Source: Pseudovirgaria hyperparasitica (Eukaryota). From it: 64,000 nt of DNA. Position numbers and translations under genes: made by a program. Shown piece after piece: positions 60,701-64,000 of the stretch. Under the pieces are notes generated by a model. That model made no database searches. It saw only the letters and a list, made by a program, of their open reading frames with translations, and had not been told where the DNA came from. How positions within the stretch are numbered: position 1 is the stretch's first letter; every line of letters starts with the position of its first letter. The stretch is from NCBI GenBank assembly GCA_010093815.1, contig ML996575.1; one strand, given 5' to 3'.

Positions 60701-61967
60701 CATAGCACAGAACCGCGGCCCCAAAATCACCCTCCAAGTCATCCTCGCCCTCCTCTCCGCCCTCGCCCTCACAATCTACGCCCTCACCTACTCCGCCGTG
60801 AAAACCCTCCTGCCGCGCGCCCCGACCAGCATCGCCGGCCTGGCAAGCCTGCTCGCAGACAGCAGATTCGCGAGCCGCGACTTCATCCCAGCGGGAAGCG
60901 AGTGGTGCTCCAACGCACGCCGCCGCGCAGATGGCGTCTTCGACACGCACACATTCAGTCTGGGCTGGTGGGACGCCGCTGATGTGCGTTCTGCTTCTGG
61001 CCCTGCCGCTGTCTCTGCCGCACCAAACCCGCACATAGATACGCACCCGCACGACGAGCCCGCACCCTCGTCACCCCGTACTCCCGCCTCCCCCTGGACA
61101 CACATCCCCACGCTCCTCGCGCGCCTACCTAGCATCCGGCCCAGCAGCCCGTTCCGACCCTTTGGCGGCGCAACAACAACGACCACTCGCAGCAGCCAAG
61201 GCAGCGACCCAGACACCACGACAACCAGCCTGCTACGCGCCAGCTACCCGGCACCTACCCACGACGACGACGACGATAACCCCACGGCCGCAGACGAGCA
61301 CCACACCATCCGCCTCGTGCATTCCTCCTCCTGGGTCGTCGATAGAGACGACGATGTAGATGTAGACGCAGAAAACAACATATACGAAGAAGGCGAAGAA
61401 GGCGAAGGAGGCGTGGAAGGAGACGGCCCCGCAATCCTACCCGACGACCGGATCGAGCCGCATCCGGGGCTGGACAGGCGGTTGACGGAGCCGTTTCTGA
61501 ATGATATTGCAAAGAGCGAGGAGGCGGGCGGGTATATGGCTGTTGGCGGGCCTGCGCTTGTGTCTGTGCCGACGGGGGTTCCGGCGACGGAAGCGCAGCC
61601 GGAGCAGGAACCGCGACCTGAACTGGAACCACAGCTGGAGCCGGAGCCGGAGCCGGAGTCAGAGTTGCAACCTGAACCACGACCGGAACCGCAACATGAA
61701 CCTGAACCGCAACCTGAACCGCAACTTGAACCGGAAACACAGCCGGAACCACGACCGGGACTACAGCCGGAACCACAACCTAACCCCAAACCCAGTCCCC
61801 TTCCCAAACCACGATCCCATCCACAACCCAAACCCCATCCCTACATACCAGGCATAAGAAGACGATACGGCGTTGACATCGGCGTTGCGGCGCAGACGGC
61901 GGGTGTCAAGGTGCGGTATGTGCGGACTCCAGAGGGGGGGGGGAGGGGTGTAGGGGCACGGGAGTGA
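57735..61967 (+). CDS. DUF3433-type multi-pass membrane protein with a low-complexity acidic and PE/PQ tail; start codon uncertain
   Basis: [29 protein letters not shown]...SLLADY, a second copy [18 protein letters not shown]...SPF, and [13 protein letters not shown] / [14 protein letters not shown]...FSLGWW. Confidence 0.8.
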   Translation: MAGVFGFDNKSIPYSVIEETGRIYYIGYLDKRADEGTDGSDAREPPRTNDPSLSGGLRRAPSNKSETRSLFSFARWPSGISRYRARTSSVDNGLASPVSTEAASDDGSRRSIWSPTVKMSPFFMARFSSAREVRFARVMGARTVTSHSRRSDQNEDADVTLPTIEPGPTVTAPISRTERRSQFEEKHEHSARRSAFPPSTTPSDPLVPQILLPYGQHYRMWNSKWLRRRMIWGFFLFFTFSFIVVMVLYGLSNSNQGISTPSWSAYYGWTIGPALIFVIVTSFWRLVDLDCRILAPWEDMRQGSSPAARSLLADYTSPILPVVFWRAVKNHHWAVVFSSLVHALLTLTTVFSTGLFMLEPTRMSTIPGSPEQTVNRLQVKRLSVGLIGTSLLVMAISSALLAIFRPREAVSCDPNSIGAIACLLASSPAVKSRLSGLSACGPREFYNELRFDSYRCKSNGNDVPEFEVYPTQRSSKETYKSRFQHEVVWWRPSAFYLANTLITIIAPIIIIAILEGVQRVSDSKGGIVNINSSSEAHVFAAYIPVLLMVAILGLFSSLDFGVSVTSPFISLKSQASARASNTIMVDLIARFRPASLFKSIRNRNFVHVLSVTCVVLASWLSLAASGLYSARTVNDGLETQSITMADSFNLSLTGSISQDDKGAGQRTAALLSDNSTFSRWTYGNLAFPRLEEQLQRRSEMSGVANVQVPATRAALNCTKIPMDQISVEFSTSLLINTTLPWMCDTPASAQMESWVQEFWFNPPPEGSKLYFGNADQMFWNSSGTVLSTGVDLNYYFDPTWGCPSFALTLGTINFQPNRTTGALSASVEDLSIAVCSQHIETVETDVELDLSTMTINTHPNPPKAHEDTVTTLSSNTSPPSQNFGYPVNTLLSALEDANNTTNRALSPFFRALEWRHNGAHLASYTGAANSDKLIAAANTIYSLFIAQLLDANARVPWTPSPAPLHPRTTHTNQTLPIQLPSLNEPTHLRIAQNRGPKITLQVILALLSALALTIYALTYSAVKTLLPRAPTSIAGLASLLADSRFASRDFIPAGSEWCSNARRRADGVFDTHTFSLGWWDAADVRSASGPAAVSAAPNPHIDTHPHDEPAPSSPRTPASPWTHIPTLLARLPSIRPSSPFRPFGGATTTTTRSSQGSDPDTTTTSLLRASYPAPTHDDDDDNPTAADEHHTIRLVHSSSWVVDRDDDVDVDAENNIYEEGEEGEGGVEGDGPAILPDDRIEPHPGLDRRLTEPFLNDIAKSEEAGGYMAVGGPALVSVPTGVPATEAQPEQEPRPELEPQLEPEPEPESELQPEPRPEPQHEPEPQPEPQLEPETQPEPRPGLQPEPQPNPKPSPLPKPRSHPQPKPHPYIPGIRRRYGVDIGVAAQTAGVKVRYVRTPEGGGRGVGARE
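61595..61835 (+). repeat. Coding 6-bp-unit repeat (PE/PQ/PK dipeptides)
   Basis: CCGGAG, CCTGAA and CCGCAA units encoding [21 protein letters not shown]... Confidence 0.85.
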
Positions 61968-62615
61968 GTTAGTAATTTAGTTGATGCGGATTGGCGATGC
62001 GTGAGGAGGTCAAGATACCAAGGGGTGGGAGTCATGAAAGGGGCACCACGTGTCAATACCACGAGTCTTTTCTGTATATAGCATTGCGAGGGGCGTTATT
62101 CTTTTGTATGTGTGCGGTCCACGGGCCGTTCGAACTTTTCATAGTCAGATATTCGCAATACCAGGCAGGTCGTGATACCTTCCCCCTCCCCCTCCCAAGA
62201 ACACGACTGCGCTACTCTGAGACTCTGAGATGATTCTTCATCGCTTGGGCCCTGAGCGCCTTTGTCAATTCGTGGTATTGCTGATCTACAGCTAGTAATG
62301 GTCTACATTACAACAGCCTCGCTCTTCTCAAAGCGCAAAAAACTCCACATAGGTCGCCGCCTAGAAACGCTCAGATTCGTGTCGTCGTCGTTGTCGTCCA
62401 TACTGTACACTCCGCGTGGCGGATTTTTCTAATGGTAAAAATGGTGTTGCTTCGTTCCCAGTCCTGCATCCCCGTTGCGCTGCGAGCGCGAATGCGGCGC
62501 TTTTGATCATCTTTGAGTTAGTTTGGCGATAATTGTCGGCCACCTGCACACCCACAGACTGTAAAGCCTCTCCTAGGTCCTTTTCTTCAGCCTCTACTGT
62601 TCTCTTACAGGCATC

Positions 62616-64000
62616 TCAACCCATCGTCCCACCCTGACTTTGTCTCCTGTTGCCATTCCTCACTCCCAACCTCATTCCCATCCCCAGGCTGCTCCCACTC
62701 TTTCCGCTGTGTCCACTCTTTCCAGTCTTGTTAGTTCTGGGAGTCGTGCCATTCTTCGACAAGCGGGCAGTGCCCTCCATGACAAATATACCAAGATCTC
62801 GGCCTCTTACGCTCTCCAGGTCACCCCTACATGAACGACAGATGCGGAGCGCACACCATGCGCATGAATATCTCTCCTCGATGCCCTCGGAATAACATAA
62901 CATACATGGCACGGGTGCGTACGTATTTCTGCTAATATGAAACTTTGCGTGTTGGTGGAAGCAGTTTACGTGTAAGGCTGTGAGTGGAGGCGCGGTAGTG
63001 GTGGCAGGTCGAGAAGCGTTGAGTGAGGACAAATTCGGAAACGTGGAGGTGCGTGCGCCGATCGTGGTGGCTTGAGAGGAGTAGTTCTGTCGTGTTTGAC
63101 GTGGAGACGGCGACGGGGAGAGCACAGGATGAGACGGCGACAGATGGAGTGTGCGAGGGGGTAAGATGTCGTTGGGCGACGACGACGGCGATATAGAGGG
63201 TGATGGAGTGATTTTATTGAGGTACGCTTGTGCACTGTTTAATGCGGATGTTTTCTGCATATATTAGTCCTTCGTTCGTCTGTAGAAGAGCCCCGAATGC
63301 TCACCCTAAAAATGTCGAGGCCGGTGCTACTCTTGCCCCGTGAATGCATCCCCTGTCGTATGCTCTCTGCATCACCCGGCGGCGTGTCTGCACCAGTAGA
63401 TCTCGGACATGACACGCCATAGTCGGATGACGTGTCTTCACCGAGTGAAATTGCAGCGGGCAGGACGGGCGTGGGAGGCGAAGGCGGAACATAGTCTTCA
63501 GCAGCGCTATCGCTACCCGCAGACAGGGACGGCTCGCGTTGATGATCCGGGCTTGACTTGTGATGTATGACGGTCTGATCGGTGTTCTCAGTACGTGCCA
63601 CCGACGGAGCGGTATCTCTCGATATCCCAGTCGAGGTAGACTTGACTGTACCCACAGCCGGTTGTGTCGCACTCTGTCCAGACGTGATTCGGTTGCTGAT
63701 GTCCGAGAGCAAGCTCGACCGCGCAGGTTTCTGTTCCGGTTTTTGCCTCCGCAGACCTCTGGCCATGGTATCTGCCAGCGTTGGGCGTCCAGCAGAGGTG
63801 CCGGGGCGTGTTTTCAGCACAGACTTGAGTTGGCTTGACACGCTCTGCGATGCCATCGAGTCATCGCCGACAGCGCTACTGCTCTTCAGTGACGCTGTCT
63901 TGGACAGTTTGTTCCCCATCTCGTCCAACGTCTGCACCAGGCCCACTTCGCTTGTCCCTACTTGGTTCCTACTTGGGGCCTTGGGTGGGACTGGCGGCGG
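62616..64000 (-). CDS. 5'-truncated fungal hypothetical protein, Ser/Pro-rich, with a C-terminal Cys/His cluster (intron 63304-63255)
   Basis: Frame stays open to the window edge. HSRGKSSTGLDIFR|KTS joins in phase 0. CFHQH...CMLC...CAWCALRICRSC suggests zinc binding. Confidence 0.75.

Noticed and set aside
60131..61857. Long alternative-frame and antisense ORFs over the DUF3433 3' half (also over CWC22 and the DCAF-like gene)
   Set aside because: By-products of biased codon usage and low-complexity repeats in the real CDS.
1..64000. tRNA, rRNA, CRISPR array, telomere repeat or Starship captain
   Set aside because: None recognised by eye. A tRNAscan-SE or Infernal run is needed to exclude small RNAs.

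Overview
Filamentous ascomycete genomic DNA, judged from RIP signatures and short ~50-60 bp GT-AG introns with CTAAC/CTGAC-type branch sites; the species cannot be told from this window. Bases 1-15838 are an AT-rich, CpA/TpG-depleted block that resolves into four nested RIP-destroyed transposons, all on the minus strand. A Restless-like hAT element ends at a TIR at 15838. It hosts a complete 8.1 kb chromodomain Ty3/gypsy element (B, 6444-14565, 238 bp LTRs, ATAGT TSD) and a second gypsy family (C, 1579-4913). Element C is itself interrupted by a relative of B (A, up to 1578). From 15839 the sequence is ordinary gene space. It holds an RRM protein, a LisH-WD40 protein, a SET/MYND methyltransferase, sulfite oxidase, CWC22, DPM2 (absent from the ORF track), a DCAF8-like WD40 protein, a cAMP-receptor-like GPCR and a TM-LysM protein. 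An accessory-looking stretch follows: a 59-aa Cys/His microprotein, an UNC-93-like MFS transporter, a PD-(D/E)xK nuclease-like gene between diverged direct repeats, a MARVEL protein and a secreted 7-bladed PLL-like lectin. The window ends with a DUF3433 membrane protein and a 5'-truncated gene. The best leads are the repeat-flanked nuclease-like gene with a local RIP-like patch, an extra ORF in gypsy B, and the hidden microprotein and CaaX micro-exon. None proves a new system. Alignments, splice models and counts were done by eye, and family names come from motif recognition, not database searches.
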